The notes beneath the pieces were generated by a model. It saw only the letters and a program-made list of their open reading frames with translations, made no database searches and was not told where the DNA came from. A program made the translations under genes and the position numbers. From IMG/VR virus record IMGVR_UViG_3300003375_000038, positions 1 to 50,670 of that record: a stretch of 50,670 bases of DNA; one strand, written 5' to 3'. The first letter of the stretch is position 1. Each line of letters starts with the position of its first letter. Positions 18,949 to 28,661 of the stretch are shown in pieces. This DNA comes from a virus (Duplodnaviria; Caudoviricetes).

Positions 18949-20592
18949 ATGGCAGATTCATCAGCAGGCGGTTGGGGTAGCGTAGCATTACCTAGTGCTT
19001 TCCCCCAAGTAGGGCAAATAGCAGAGCAAGGACTTGCAAACCAAAGGATGCGGGATGATAAAGTATTGGCTTTAGCTGAAAGAGAACAATTAAGAAAGGA
19101 AGAACAAAACAATCAAAATCAATTATATAATTTAGGTCAAATAAATAAAGCTACCGATTTTGACCAATTTAAAACGGGGGATGCTGCTATTGATGAAGTT
19201 GCATATAAAAAAGTTAATGATTTAAAAAACGACCTTTTAACTAATCATACACATGAAAATCCGACAGTTTTAGCGGCAATGATACCACAAAGATTAAATC
19301 CAATAATGCAATGGCATTTAGCGGCACTTAATGAAAATAAAAATGCACAAAATGCAATATCTACATTAGTAAAGGAAAATCCAATAGACCCAATAGATAC
19401 GCATAACTTAGTTATGAGTAATTTGGCTAGAAATGTAATGCAACCAGACCCTAAAACGGGGGCTATGGATATTAAACCTGCACAATTTATAGCACCAATG
19501 GATTATTCGGGGATATTAAATAATCCACGGGTTATGGCGGGGTTAGTTAATAGTACAGAACATTTAAATAAATTTTATTCATCTGTACCCAAAGAACCAT
19601 TTCATGGTAGTGAATTTCAATCAGATAAGGGGTTTAAATCAAGAGATAAATTTAGCGGGGCTATAGTTCCGGGTATAACAGATGTATTACCCGATGAAAA
19701 TGGTAATCCTATTCTAGATGTAAAACATACAATAGTTCCGGGTGTTAAAGATGAAAATAATCAACCAATGAAAATAGTGGATAATAATTTATACACTAAA
19801 TTAATGGGAACAGAACAGCCAGTTATAGCCAATAACGGAACAAAAACAAATATAAGCCCTGCGGGATTATCTGCATTAAAATTATGGTACAATAGTGATG
19901 ATAGAGCAAAAGCAGAGGCAGATTATCAAAAAAATAATAACGGCAAACCATTAGACCCACATACAGAAGATTATTTATTTAGGCACTTTTTGTATAATAA
20001 TATATCAGCCAATGTACCACATTTTATAAGTAAAGATGAAGCCCAAGTAGTACCTAAAGCACCAATAGTAAATGTAAATACAGGTAAAGAAGTACCTACC
20101 CAAGATGTTTATACCCCATTAAGTAAAGCAATGAATGAACACCCTGCGGGGGCTACTTTAAATATACTTCCTCCGGCAGTAAGAGATTTCTTTATGAATG
20201 AGTTAAGTAAATCTAACCAAACAAAAATTGTAAAAAATATTGACGGTCAAGATAGAACAATAGAATTAGGTTCAGATAATTTTGCTGTAAAAGCAAATAA
20301 AGATGGTACTTATGACTTGTATAGCACTAAATATAAATATCCTATAAAAAATGGCAAAGAAGATTTAACTGCAAATGGTGAAAGAATACCAGATAAGATT
20401 TTAGGTACTTATAATGCAACAGACCTTAATTTAGGTGTGGCAAAAGGAAAGGAAAGGGGGCAAGTATTAAAAAATGCAAATACTTATATAGTAAACGGTA
20501 AAAATATGACCCATGATGAATTAAAAAACGCAGGTTATACCGATGACCAAATAAATCAAGCTATCCAATTAGGGAATATTAAACGAAAATAA
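18949..20592 (+). CDS. internal virion/ejection protein
   Basis: 547 aa, no Cys, N-terminal coiled coil; synteny. Confidence 0.65.
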   Translation: MADSSAGGWGSVALPSAFPQVGQIAEQGLANQRMRDDKVLALAEREQLRKEEQNNQNQLYNLGQINKATDFDQFKTGDAAIDEVAYKKVNDLKNDLLTNHTHENPTVLAAMIPQRLNPIMQWHLAALNENKNAQNAISTLVKENPIDPIDTHNLVMSNLARNVMQPDPKTGAMDIKPAQFIAPMDYSGILNNPRVMAGLVNSTEHLNKFYSSVPKEPFHGSEFQSDKGFKSRDKFSGAIVPGITDVLPDENGNPILDVKHTIVPGVKDENNQPMKIVDNNLYTKLMGTEQPVIANNGTKTNISPAGLSALKLWYNSDDRAKAEADYQKNNNGKPLDPHTEDYLFRHFLYNNISANVPHFISKDEAQVVPKAPIVNVNTGKEVPTQDVYTPLSKAMNEHPAGATLNILPPAVRDFFMNELSKSNQTKIVKNIDGQDRTIELGSDNFAVKANKDGTYDLYSTKYKYPIKNGKEDLTANGERIPDKILGTYNATDLNLGVAKGKERGQVLKNANTYIVNGKNMTHDELKNAGYTDDQINQAIQLGNIKRK

Positions 20593-23500
20593 TGGCAGAA
20601 GATTTAGAAATACCAGTTCAGGCAGAAACAGACAGCCAAAATGACCCATTAGGTATATTGAAACCGCAAAAACAAACGGTTAGTGGCGACCCATTGGGTA
20701 TTCTAAAAAAAAAAGTAGGTGGCGAAGATTCTGCGAATGGTACTTCAAATGGTTCCCAATCCAAATTAATATCAGATTTATATTCCCTAGCAAGTAAAAT
20801 AGATAAGGGGGGTATTCAAAATAACGGGCAATCCCAAGCCGTTAATAAAATACCTATGCAACATATTGCAGGTAGTCAAGCTATTGAACCAAATATGCAA
20901 ACACCAATAAATTTACCCAAATCAGATGAACAGGAATACCAAACAAAATTAAATACTCAAAAAGCGGTAATTAATACCCTTAAACAAGAAAAAGGTAAAT
21001 CATTTGATGAAAATAGTCCTTCAGGTCAAAAAGACGTACAAGACTATTTAGATAAAATTAAAAATAATGATTTAGCAGTAGTAACGGGGAAGGATGGAAA
21101 AGACTATGTCACAAGGGGGCAAGGTTTTGTAGAGTCATTGTGGAAGTCGGTGTTGGGTAGTGTATCTGAATCGGTTGATGCTGTAAAAATAAACGCAATA
21201 TCAGACCCGACAGACCCAATAGCTGCAAATAAATTAGCCGCATTATTTAACCAAAAACAAAATACTGAAAATAATATACCCGAATCAGCCCCCGCAGGTT
21301 TTGGTAATTTAGGGGAACAAATAGGCGGGGTTACTAAAATGGCAGCAGAGGCAGCTATACCTTATGTTGGCGAGGGGTTAATGGCGGCAGATGCCTACCA
21401 AACTGCAAGGGCTAAGAAGATGGAAGAAGAATATAAAATGGGTAAAAGTTTGGGGTTAAGTGATGTAGAAGCAGCCCAAAAAGCAATGAATACGTCTTTA
21501 ATTAGTGCCGTTCCTTCAGCCGTAACAGCAGTAGCACTTAATAGATTGGGGGGTAGTGCAGCTACGGGGGCGGCAGAAAATACACTTAAAAATACTTTAA
21601 TTCATGCTATGGGTAGTGTTCCCAAAGTGGGGGCAATATTTTCAGGTTCACAATTAGGAAGCGATTTAACAGAACTTGCCGCAGGGTACAAAAAAACACC
21701 TACTGAAATAGCTGAAAATGCTATTAATTCATTCGGGCAAGGTGCAATGATGGATTTAGGGTTTAATGTAATGAAATTAGGGGCGCAAGTGCCGGGGTAT
21801 TTAAAGGCAGCCGCAAAGAATCTTTTAGTAAATGCCCCTAAAGACGTAGTAGATGCAAAATTAGCCGATATGGGTGCAGAAGGGCAAAGTATTAGGCAAG
21901 AACTTGATTCATACAAAAATGCAGCCCAAAAGGTGCAGGGATTGGTTCCTGAAGAACATTTACCAAATATAGCAGGTAATATTGAAAAGCAAGATGCGAT
22001 AAAAAAGCAAATAACAGAATTAGAAGCAAAAAAAGCAGAAATCCCTAAAGAACTACATGGCAAAATAGACGAACAAATATCAGATTTACAAAGTCAATCC
22101 GATGAAATAGGGAAAACTATCGGTAAAATGACTAAATCAGATAACCCATTAGAATTAGAAAAAGACAATGTTACAGGATTAAAGGGGAGTGATATTGAGA
22201 AAATTAATGCACAAGTTCCACAAGAAACAGTTTCGGGGGGGAACAATGCAAAAGAATCATTAAGTGAAGGCAAAGTAAAGCCAATAGAAATAACGGGTAC
22301 TAAAGTATTTGAGCATGGCGAAGATGATAATACGGCAGAAGGATTAGAAAACGGGGTAAAGCCTACTGATTTAACAGATAAAGGAAGTAAAGAAGCAGAA
22401 AGCATAGGTAATTTTATAAAAGATAATCAACCTGAAACAACAAGAGTAGAACATTCAGATGTTAAAAGAGCAAAAGAAACAGGGGAGGAAGTAGCTAAAA
22501 CAGCAGGGATAGAAAGTGTACCCAATCCAGTATATAGAACGGCAGATATAGGTAATTTTGATGGGAAACCAGAAGGTACATTTGATGAAAAAGGATGGAC
22601 TGAAGGGAAGTATGATGATAATAAAACAGTAGAACCGTTCCAAACATTCACAGATAGAATGGAGAAAGCCTATGACCATACCAAAAATGAAATAGGAAAA
22701 GAAACAGTAGTAATAACACATAGTAAAGTTACTAGAGCATTAGAAGCACTTGAAAAAACAGATGGTAAATGGACTGATGAAACTACTAAAGACTTTTTAA
22801 AATTAAAAGAAAAATCACCTAATACAATAAAAGCAGAAGTAACTATCCCAATTAAGGTAGATGGTAATAGTATGGATGCTAAATATATAAGTGAATACAA
22901 GGGTAAAAAAATAGTAGAAATAGATGGGAATATTCATGTGTATGACCCTAAAAAAGAAACATTATTTAATGTAGCATTAGATGATAGTAAAACGAGTGGG
23001 GGTAAGAAAATAAATAAAGAAGCTAATAATGTAGAGTCAGCTAAAAAATATATTGATTGGGCAGATAAAACCCATTCAGAAAATATAAAACCTATTCAAA
23101 TAAATGAAACTACCAAAGATACTAACCAAACAGAAACAACGGGCGAACAACCTAAAGAACTTATTGAAAATAAGCCAACAGCAAAAAGCAACAAAGGAGT
23201 TATCAAAAAAGCGCAGTCAATAGAAGATTTAACTGAACCTAGAGATATAGTATTGCAACATTTTGTAGGTGGGGGCAAAATTCATTCAGATGCTATAAAA
23301 GACATATTTGGTGGCAAAGATGACAGATTAAGACAAAATTCATCTACCGAAAATGAAAAAAGAGCAAGAATAGGATTATTGGGGAAAGATGCTAAAGGTA
23401 TAGATGAATTAGCGCATAATTTATGGGAAAATGATAAAACAGAAAAATATACAACACAGGACTATAAAGAAGCAATCGAGCAAGTAATACAAGACCATAA

Positions 23501-24092
23501 TTCGCCATCTAGTATGGCTAAAGAACTTGTAGATAAATATATTGACAAGGCAGTAAGACAAGAATTTACAGACAAAGAATCTAAAGAAATATCAGATAAT
23601 CTTATTAAACAAATACATGACCAAGTTGAAAATTTACCAGAAAGTGTACAAAAAGAATTAACAGATTTACTTTCAAAATACCAAGATAAACATGGGTTTA
23701 TTGATTGGGAAAAATTAAATGAAGATACCAATGGATTTGACCCCAAAATATTAAACTTATCCGAAAATACTCAAAAACACCTATATGAACTTATCAACGA
23801 AAAACTTACAGAACCAAGCGAATCTGACAACATTACTTATAAAAATGAAACAGAATCAAAAAAAGGAGAAAAATCAACCGAGCCAACAAGTGAAGAAAAA
23901 ATCAGCGAATTAGAAAAGGAAAGGGATATTAAATTACAAGAAGTAGGTAAGCCCGATATTAAATTAGAGTTGGTAAGCGGTAAAGATTTAGCCACAAAAG
24001 GTAACGACCCATTAGCCAATAAGCAAGAACACGATAAAATAAAAGATGATTATAAATCACTTAAAGCCCTTATAGACTGTTTATGGACTTAG
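20592..24092 (+). CDS. large internal virion (cargo) protein with histidine phosphatase-like domain
   Basis: 1166 aa; Ala/Gly-rich membrane-like helices, coiled coil, EHGE...LTDKG...SDVKRAKET...THS domain; only Cys is in the C-terminal IDCLWT. Confidence 0.75.
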   Translation: MAEDLEIPVQAETDSQNDPLGILKPQKQTVSGDPLGILKKKVGGEDSANGTSNGSQSKLISDLYSLASKIDKGGIQNNGQSQAVNKIPMQHIAGSQAIEPNMQTPINLPKSDEQEYQTKLNTQKAVINTLKQEKGKSFDENSPSGQKDVQDYLDKIKNNDLAVVTGKDGKDYVTRGQGFVESLWKSVLGSVSESVDAVKINAISDPTDPIAANKLAALFNQKQNTENNIPESAPAGFGNLGEQIGGVTKMAAEAAIPYVGEGLMAADAYQTARAKKMEEEYKMGKSLGLSDVEAAQKAMNTSLISAVPSAVTAVALNRLGGSAATGAAENTLKNTLIHAMGSVPKVGAIFSGSQLGSDLTELAAGYKKTPTEIAENAINSFGQGAMMDLGFNVMKLGAQVPGYLKAAAKNLLVNAPKDVVDAKLADMGAEGQSIRQELDSYKNAAQKVQGLVPEEHLPNIAGNIEKQDAIKKQITELEAKKAEIPKELHGKIDEQISDLQSQSDEIGKTIGKMTKSDNPLELEKDNVTGLKGSDIEKINAQVPQETVSGGNNAKESLSEGKVKPIEITGTKVFEHGEDDNTAEGLENGVKPTDLTDKGSKEAESIGNFIKDNQPETTRVEHSDVKRAKETGEEVAKTAGIESVPNPVYRTADIGNFDGKPEGTFDEKGWTEGKYDDNKTVEPFQTFTDRMEKAYDHTKNEIGKETVVITHSKVTRALEALEKTDGKWTDETTKDFLKLKEKSPNTIKAEVTIPIKVDGNSMDAKYISEYKGKKIVEIDGNIHVYDPKKETLFNVALDDSKTSGGKKINKEANNVESAKKYIDWADKTHSENIKPIQINETTKDTNQTETTGEQPKELIENKPTAKSNKGVIKKAQSIEDLTEPRDIVLQHFVGGGKIHSDAIKDIFGGKDDRLRQNSSTENEKRARIGLLGKDAKGIDELAHNLWENDKTEKYTTQDYKEAIEQVIQDHNSPSSMAKELVDKYIDKAVRQEFTDKESKEISDNLIKQIHDQVENLPESVQKELTDLLSKYQDKHGFIDWEKLNEDTNGFDPKILNLSENTQKHLYELINEKLTEPSESDNITYKNETESKKGEKSTEPTSEEKISELEKERDIKLQEVGKPDIKLELVSGKDLATKGNDPLANKQEHDKIKDDYKSLKALIDCLWT

Positions 24093-24502
24093 AAAATGAA
24101 GATATAGAATTTGAACAAGCCTTACAGGATAAAAGGCATAAAGAACTAAAATCTACTTTAAAAGAGATAGGGAAAGCTATTTCAGAAAAAAGTGATAATT
24201 CGGAATTATTGGCAGCCGTAAATGAACAAACTAAAGCTATTTATTCGTTTTTGGAATGTATGAAAAATATGCCAAATGACCAAAAAAACGATATAAAAGT
24301 AGAAACAAACCAAGATAAAGTAGTAAATTCGGTGCAAGAAATGGCATTATCTATATTAAATGGGTTAAATGAATTAAAAAATACTTTACCCATATCTAAT
24401 ATAGAAAAAAATGAACCTAAAGAATGGGAATTTAAAGTAGAACGCAATAAATGGTCAGATTTAATCGAAAAAGTAATAGCTAAACAAATTATAAAACAAT
24501 AA
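24083..24502 (+). CDS. hypothetical protein, first gene of the nested cassette
   Basis: Coiled coil plus C-terminal KEWEFKVERN...IEKVIA hairpin-like motif. Confidence 0.7.
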   Translation: MDLENEDIEFEQALQDKRHKELKSTLKEIGKAISEKSDNSELLAAVNEQTKAIYSFLECMKNMPNDQKNDIKVETNQDKVVNSVQEMALSILNGLNELKNTLPISNIEKNEPKEWEFKVERNKWSDLIEKVIAKQIIKQ

Positions 24503-24515
24503 AAATAAACAAGTT

Positions 24516-24947
24516 ATGCCAAAGAGTACGAATACCTGCAACAACATTCTTGCATTAATATACAATGCAACAGCGTGGGCTAATATTGCGGATAATGCCG
24601 CTTCTTCACCTATTACAAATATTTATGTTGCCCTTGCAACCGCAAGTTATACCGCAACTTCAACTATGAGTAGTAATGAAGCAACTTATACAAACTATGC
24701 CCGTCAAACGGTTGCTAGAAGTACTGCGGGATGGACTGCCCCATCTGCAAAAGCAACTTCAAATGCAGCACAAATTACTTTCCCGCAATGTGGGGCAAGC
24801 GGTAATACTATCACAAGTGCAGCCTGTGGTAAAGCTAGTGGGGCATCAGATATTTTTCATTATGGGGATTTAAATGCTTCTATTTCAGTAAGTAATTTAA
24901 TACAGCCAGTTTTCGCTATTAGTTCTTTGTCAATCACAGAGTCATAG
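24516..24947 (+). CDS. virion fibre/baseplate-associated small protein
   Basis: IYVAL...EATYTNYARQTVAR...SNAAQITFPQC motif common in phage structural proteins. Confidence 0.75.
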   Translation: MPKSTNTCNNILALIYNATAWANIADNAASSPITNIYVALATASYTATSTMSSNEATYTNYARQTVARSTAGWTAPSAKATSNAAQITFPQCGASGNTITSAACGKASGASDIFHYGDLNASISVSNLIQPVFAISSLSITES

Positions 24948-24950
24948 TAT

Positions 24951-25211
24951 ATGAATTTAAACGAAAAGTTCCCGCCACTATATAGTTGTTCAGTATGTGG
25001 TAAAGCGGTGAAAGTTATACCACAGGGTATAGGTAATGAACCATTGTATGAATATCATAAAGATTGCCCCCATAGAGGCGTTACAATATATGCTAATAGA
25101 AAAGTTATATTGAGGGGTAAGGGGCAATTAAATATGGTACAAGAAGCGCAATATAAAATTACTGTTTCAGTCAGACAATTATTGTCTTATTTGACAGGTA
25201 GGAGTATATAA
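24951..25211 (+). CDS. small Zn-finger-like protein
   Basis: CSVC...HKDCPH. Confidence 0.65.
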   Translation: MNLNEKFPPLYSCSVCGKAVKVIPQGIGNEPLYEYHKDCPHRGVTIYANRKVILRGKGQLNMVQEAQYKITVSVRQLLSYLTGRSI

Positions 25212-25214
25212 ACT

Positions 25215-26093
25215 ATGCCCGGATTCACCAACATAAAAGATATAGTTAATTCGCAGGTAACCAATGGCTGTGAAAGATTTTCTTGTTGGCGAAAATCACC
25301 TAACCAAGCCAGTCCTGCGGGTATTTGGTTTGATATTTCAATGTCGCCGGGGAATCCTAGCCCTAAATATTGGTTTGATTCAGCCCCATTAAAAGCAAAT
25401 ACAGTAGCGCAATCTACGGATGGTGGGTTATGGCATGGGCAAGCAGTTTCCCCACAGCAAAAAATATTAAAGGAATTAATGGCTATATGTGTAACTGCTA
25501 CCCCGTTACCTATGCCAATTATTTTATGTGATTATCTTCTTTATTACCCTACTATTGATGAATCCGTTGCAGGGGCGCAAATAATGGATAATACACTATC
25601 ATTAACTAGATATACAAGTGGTCAAGGGGTGCAAATGATGGCTGTTTCAGATGCTAGTAGGGTAGGGGGGCAACCTGTTACAGTAAGTTATACTAATTCA
25701 TTAGGAGTATCAGGAAGAACAGCCACTTTCATTGAAAATTCAGTTTCCGTTAATGGTAACATTGTAAATTCAGCACAATTATCTACAACCGCATCAAGTA
25801 ATGCTACGGGTGCATTTATACAATTACAATCGGGTGATACTGGTGTTAGAAGTGTACAATCTGTAACAATAGGTGGTTCGGGTGATGTTGGATTATTTAG
25901 TATAGTATTGGTTTACCCAATAGCTAGTTTTAGTATTAGGGGTATTGATGCACCCGTAGAAGTAGATTATTTGAAAGATTTTATGGTTATCCCGCCTATT
26001 CAAGATGATGCTTTTTTATCTTTTCTTTGTTTACCACAAGGTAGTATATCAGGGGCAACAATTATAGGTCATATAAAAACAACATTCAATTAA
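25215..26093 (+). CDS. beta-rich virion protein (paralog A)
   Basis: Shares MxGF..W.K, RYTSGxGVQ and LQxGDxG with the next gene. Confidence 0.75.
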   Translation: MPGFTNIKDIVNSQVTNGCERFSCWRKSPNQASPAGIWFDISMSPGNPSPKYWFDSAPLKANTVAQSTDGGLWHGQAVSPQQKILKELMAICVTATPLPMPIILCDYLLYYPTIDESVAGAQIMDNTLSLTRYTSGQGVQMMAVSDASRVGGQPVTVSYTNSLGVSGRTATFIENSVSVNGNIVNSAQLSTTASSNATGAFIQLQSGDTGVRSVQSVTIGGSGDVGLFSIVLVYPIASFSIRGIDAPVEVDYLKDFMVIPPIQDDAFLSFLCLPQGSISGATIIGHIKTTFN

Positions 26094-26111
26094 AAAATAA
26101 AAATTATTATC

Positions 26112-27281
26112 ATGGCAGGTTTTCAAACAATGGACTCAATCATAAATGCACTATCACAAGGGCAGCGTTTTCGTGCAGATTGGAATAAAAACTTCTTACC
26201 TACAACGGCAGGTACGGCAGGTCAGTGGGCTTGTTTAGCTAGGGGCGCAGGTCAGCCGGGGGCAGATGCTTTATATAATACGGGTACAAACTTATTGTTT
26301 CAGCCTGTTTATGATATAACTACCAATAATTCTGGTATATTACACGGTGGCAACGTAGCCCCCTCATATAAAAGTATTATCAATGCAAATGCCTATACAG
26401 CCGCAGCAACCGTAGCCCCATGCGTAATGATGCTAATTGATTTAATAGGGTTTTATAGGTTCACTACTGTAACAACTACAACCGCACAATCTACGACAAA
26501 CACATTAATGGCTTTTGCCACAACCGTATGTAGTGTAAACAATATCCTTACAAATACAAGTACAGGTAGTAACGTAGCTATAAATTTATTCCCATATACT
26601 AGGGTACAGTTTACAACAACGGGTACACTTCCAACGGGTTTATCTACTTCAACAAACTACTATGTAATTAAATTGACTGATACCACAATTAGCGTAGCTT
26701 CTTCTTATGCAAACGCAGTAGCAGGTACGGCAGTATCTATAACAAGTGGTACAGGTTCAGGGGTACATACTTTGAATACTTTACTTCCAAGATATACTAG
26801 CGGTGCAGGTGTTCAGGCAATGATGTTTAATACTAACGCAACCCCATTAGGTGCAGCAACCCCCAACTTATCAATAGGATATACCAATAGCGCACAAACA
26901 GGGTCAAGAGCAACCCCGACAGTACTACCTATTGGTAAAACAGCCGCAGAAAATGGTATGATTATTTATTCGGGTACAGGTTCTGGTAAATATGGCCCGG
27001 CTATGCCATTACAAGCGGGTGATTCAGGTATTGCGGAAGTAGATACTATTACTTGTGCTACTTCTTATGTTTCAGGGGAATTTAGCGTAGCATTATATGT
27101 TCCTTTATTAGTTTTACCTATTACTACATTGGGTGTGGCTAGTGAAAGGGATTTATTAAACCAAGTTCCATCATTACCAAGAGTATATGATGGGGCTAAC
27201 TTACAATGGTTAATGTATCAAGGTGCAGCAGTACCAACAAACAGTTCAATAGTAGGTGCATTAGAATTTGTATGGAATTAA
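26112..27281 (+). CDS. beta-rich virion protein (paralog B, with inserted domain)
   Basis: Paralog motifs plus insert RVQFTTTGTLPTGLSTSTNYYVIK...GSGVHT. Confidence 0.75.
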   Translation: MAGFQTMDSIINALSQGQRFRADWNKNFLPTTAGTAGQWACLARGAGQPGADALYNTGTNLLFQPVYDITTNNSGILHGGNVAPSYKSIINANAYTAAATVAPCVMMLIDLIGFYRFTTVTTTTAQSTTNTLMAFATTVCSVNNILTNTSTGSNVAINLFPYTRVQFTTTGTLPTGLSTSTNYYVIKLTDTTISVASSYANAVAGTAVSITSGTGSGVHTLNTLLPRYTSGAGVQAMMFNTNATPLGAATPNLSIGYTNSAQTGSRATPTVLPIGKTAAENGMIIYSGTGSGKYGPAMPLQAGDSGIAEVDTITCATSYVSGEFSVALYVPLLVLPITTLGVASERDLLNQVPSLPRVYDGANLQWLMYQGAAVPTNSSIVGALEFVWN

Positions 27282-28425
27282 TTATATGGCATTAATAGGT
27301 AACTATAACGTATTCAATAAAACCCCCGGCAGGTATCTTGCAGGTACTTCAACGTGCGATAGAAGTGATTTTAATAGGGCGGGGGCTAGTCGTAATTGCT
27401 ATTACAATGATGGTGGTAATTTTAGTACAAATGGAAGTACAAACCCGACACACTTATTATTTACTTATGCAAAACAAGTAGGTTATACACCCCCATTTAC
27501 ATGGAATATTTCTCAATATGGGGGTGGGATGGCTATAAATGCTATTGGTACTTCAGTTATAGTATTCCCGTTAGTACCACAACAACCAATGTTAGCCTCT
27601 ATAACAGGTAGTGGTACATTGACCGCAAGTATATTAGGATTAGGTAATATTATATCTGCCTTAACAGGTAGTAGTAGTTTTAGTGCGACAATTAGTGCAA
27701 ATGGTAATATTGTTTTATCTGCAACAGGTAGTGGTACTTTAACAGCTAATATATTAGGTAATGGGTTAGGTGCTTTATCATTGACGGGGAGTGGTTCATT
27801 ATCTGCAACTGCGAATCTATTTATTAATATGATTGCAGCAATGACAGGTAGTAGCGGATTTAACGCTTCTATCAATTCATTGGTGGCTATGTTATGTTCA
27901 ATGACAGGTAGTAGTACCATTTCAATAGATATAACAGGTCAACAACCAATGTCTGCATCAATTACTGGTAGTGGTTCTTTAATCGGTAATTTATCTGCAT
28001 TTGCTGAAATGGTATCTAACTTATTAGGTAGTGGTTTATTATCAGGAACAACTACGGCTACTGCTTTTATGAGTGAAAATATTGTAGTAACAGGTACGGG
28101 GTTAAATAGTGCGAATGTAGGTCAATATGTATGGCAATCCATTTTAAGTCAATTTTCAGCAGACCCCAATAGTGCAGCCGCTAAATTATTGGCTTCGGCT
28201 TCGGCAGGCGACCCGTGGAGTACGGTATTGCCGGGAAGCTATACTTCAGAACAAGCAGGTTCAATATTAGCACAACTTCAAACATATATTGATGAATTGC
28301 ATAAAATACAAGGGCTAGATGCAAGCAATCCGGCTACCACAACGCAAACAACATTAATAGCAGGTGATATAAATATAGATATTACAGGTGATGGTATAAA
28401 TTCAACAACATTCACAAGACAATGA
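27268..28425 (+). CDS. fibre-like protein with 20-aa beta repeats
   Basis: Repeated TGS(G/S) every 20 aa; C-terminal DPW...ELHKIQGLD; true start may be the MALIGN ATG slightly downstream. Confidence 0.75.
   Translation: MYGINYMALIGNYNVFNKTPGRYLAGTSTCDRSDFNRAGASRNCYYNDGGNFSTNGSTNPTHLLFTYAKQVGYTPPFTWNISQYGGGMAINAIGTSVIVFPLVPQQPMLASITGSGTLTASILGLGNIISALTGSSSFSATISANGNIVLSATGSGTLTANILGNGLGALSLTGSGSLSATANLFINMIAAMTGSSGFNASINSLVAMLCSMTGSSTISIDITGQQPMSASITGSGSLIGNLSAFAEMVSNLLGSGLLSGTTTATAFMSENIVVTGTGLNSANVGQYVWQSILSQFSADPNSAAAKLLASASAGDPWSTVLPGSYTSEQAGSILAQLQTYIDELHKIQGLDASNPATTTQTTLIAGDINIDITGDGINSTTFTRQ
27544..28040 (+). repeat. 60-nt period coding repeat (about 8-9 units)
   Basis: ACAGGTAGT or variants at 27604, 27664, 27724, 27784, 27844, 27904, 27964, 28024. 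Confidence 0.8.
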
Positions 28426-28661
28426 TAAATCCATTAGCCATAGCAACAAGGGGAAGATTATCAAATTCTGCAAAAAGAACGCTAACATTAGCTACTTTAG
28501 GATGGATATTAGTTTATAGTGAACCAGTTAATAAATCAGATGCAGATGGATTAAAAAATCCCAAAAAAGAATATAATAAGAAAAAACAAAGAAGTTTCGT
28601 ATTAAAAGATGATGCAGAAGTTTTATCAATAATAAATAGTTTCTTACAATGCCAAAAATAG
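28422..28661 (+). CDS. small protein, last gene of the nested cassette
   Basis: LAIATRG/LATLG repeats; C-terminal DDAEVLSII; overlaps both neighbours. Confidence 0.7.
   Translation: MINPLAIATRGRLSNSAKRTLTLATLGWILVYSEPVNKSDADGLKNPKKEYNKKKQRSFVLKDDAEVLSIINSFLQCQK

Noticed and set aside
20643-20708. Duplicated DPLGILK peptide at the N-terminus of the 1166-aa protein
   Set aside because: Short coding duplication in a low-complexity N-terminus; no evidence for a separate function.
21602-24447. Multiple minus-strand ORFs (also at 5037, 27513, 29809, 32541, 48460 and others)
   Set aside because: Antisense shadows of long plus-strand genes, with Ser/Leu/Phe-rich composition and no motifs.
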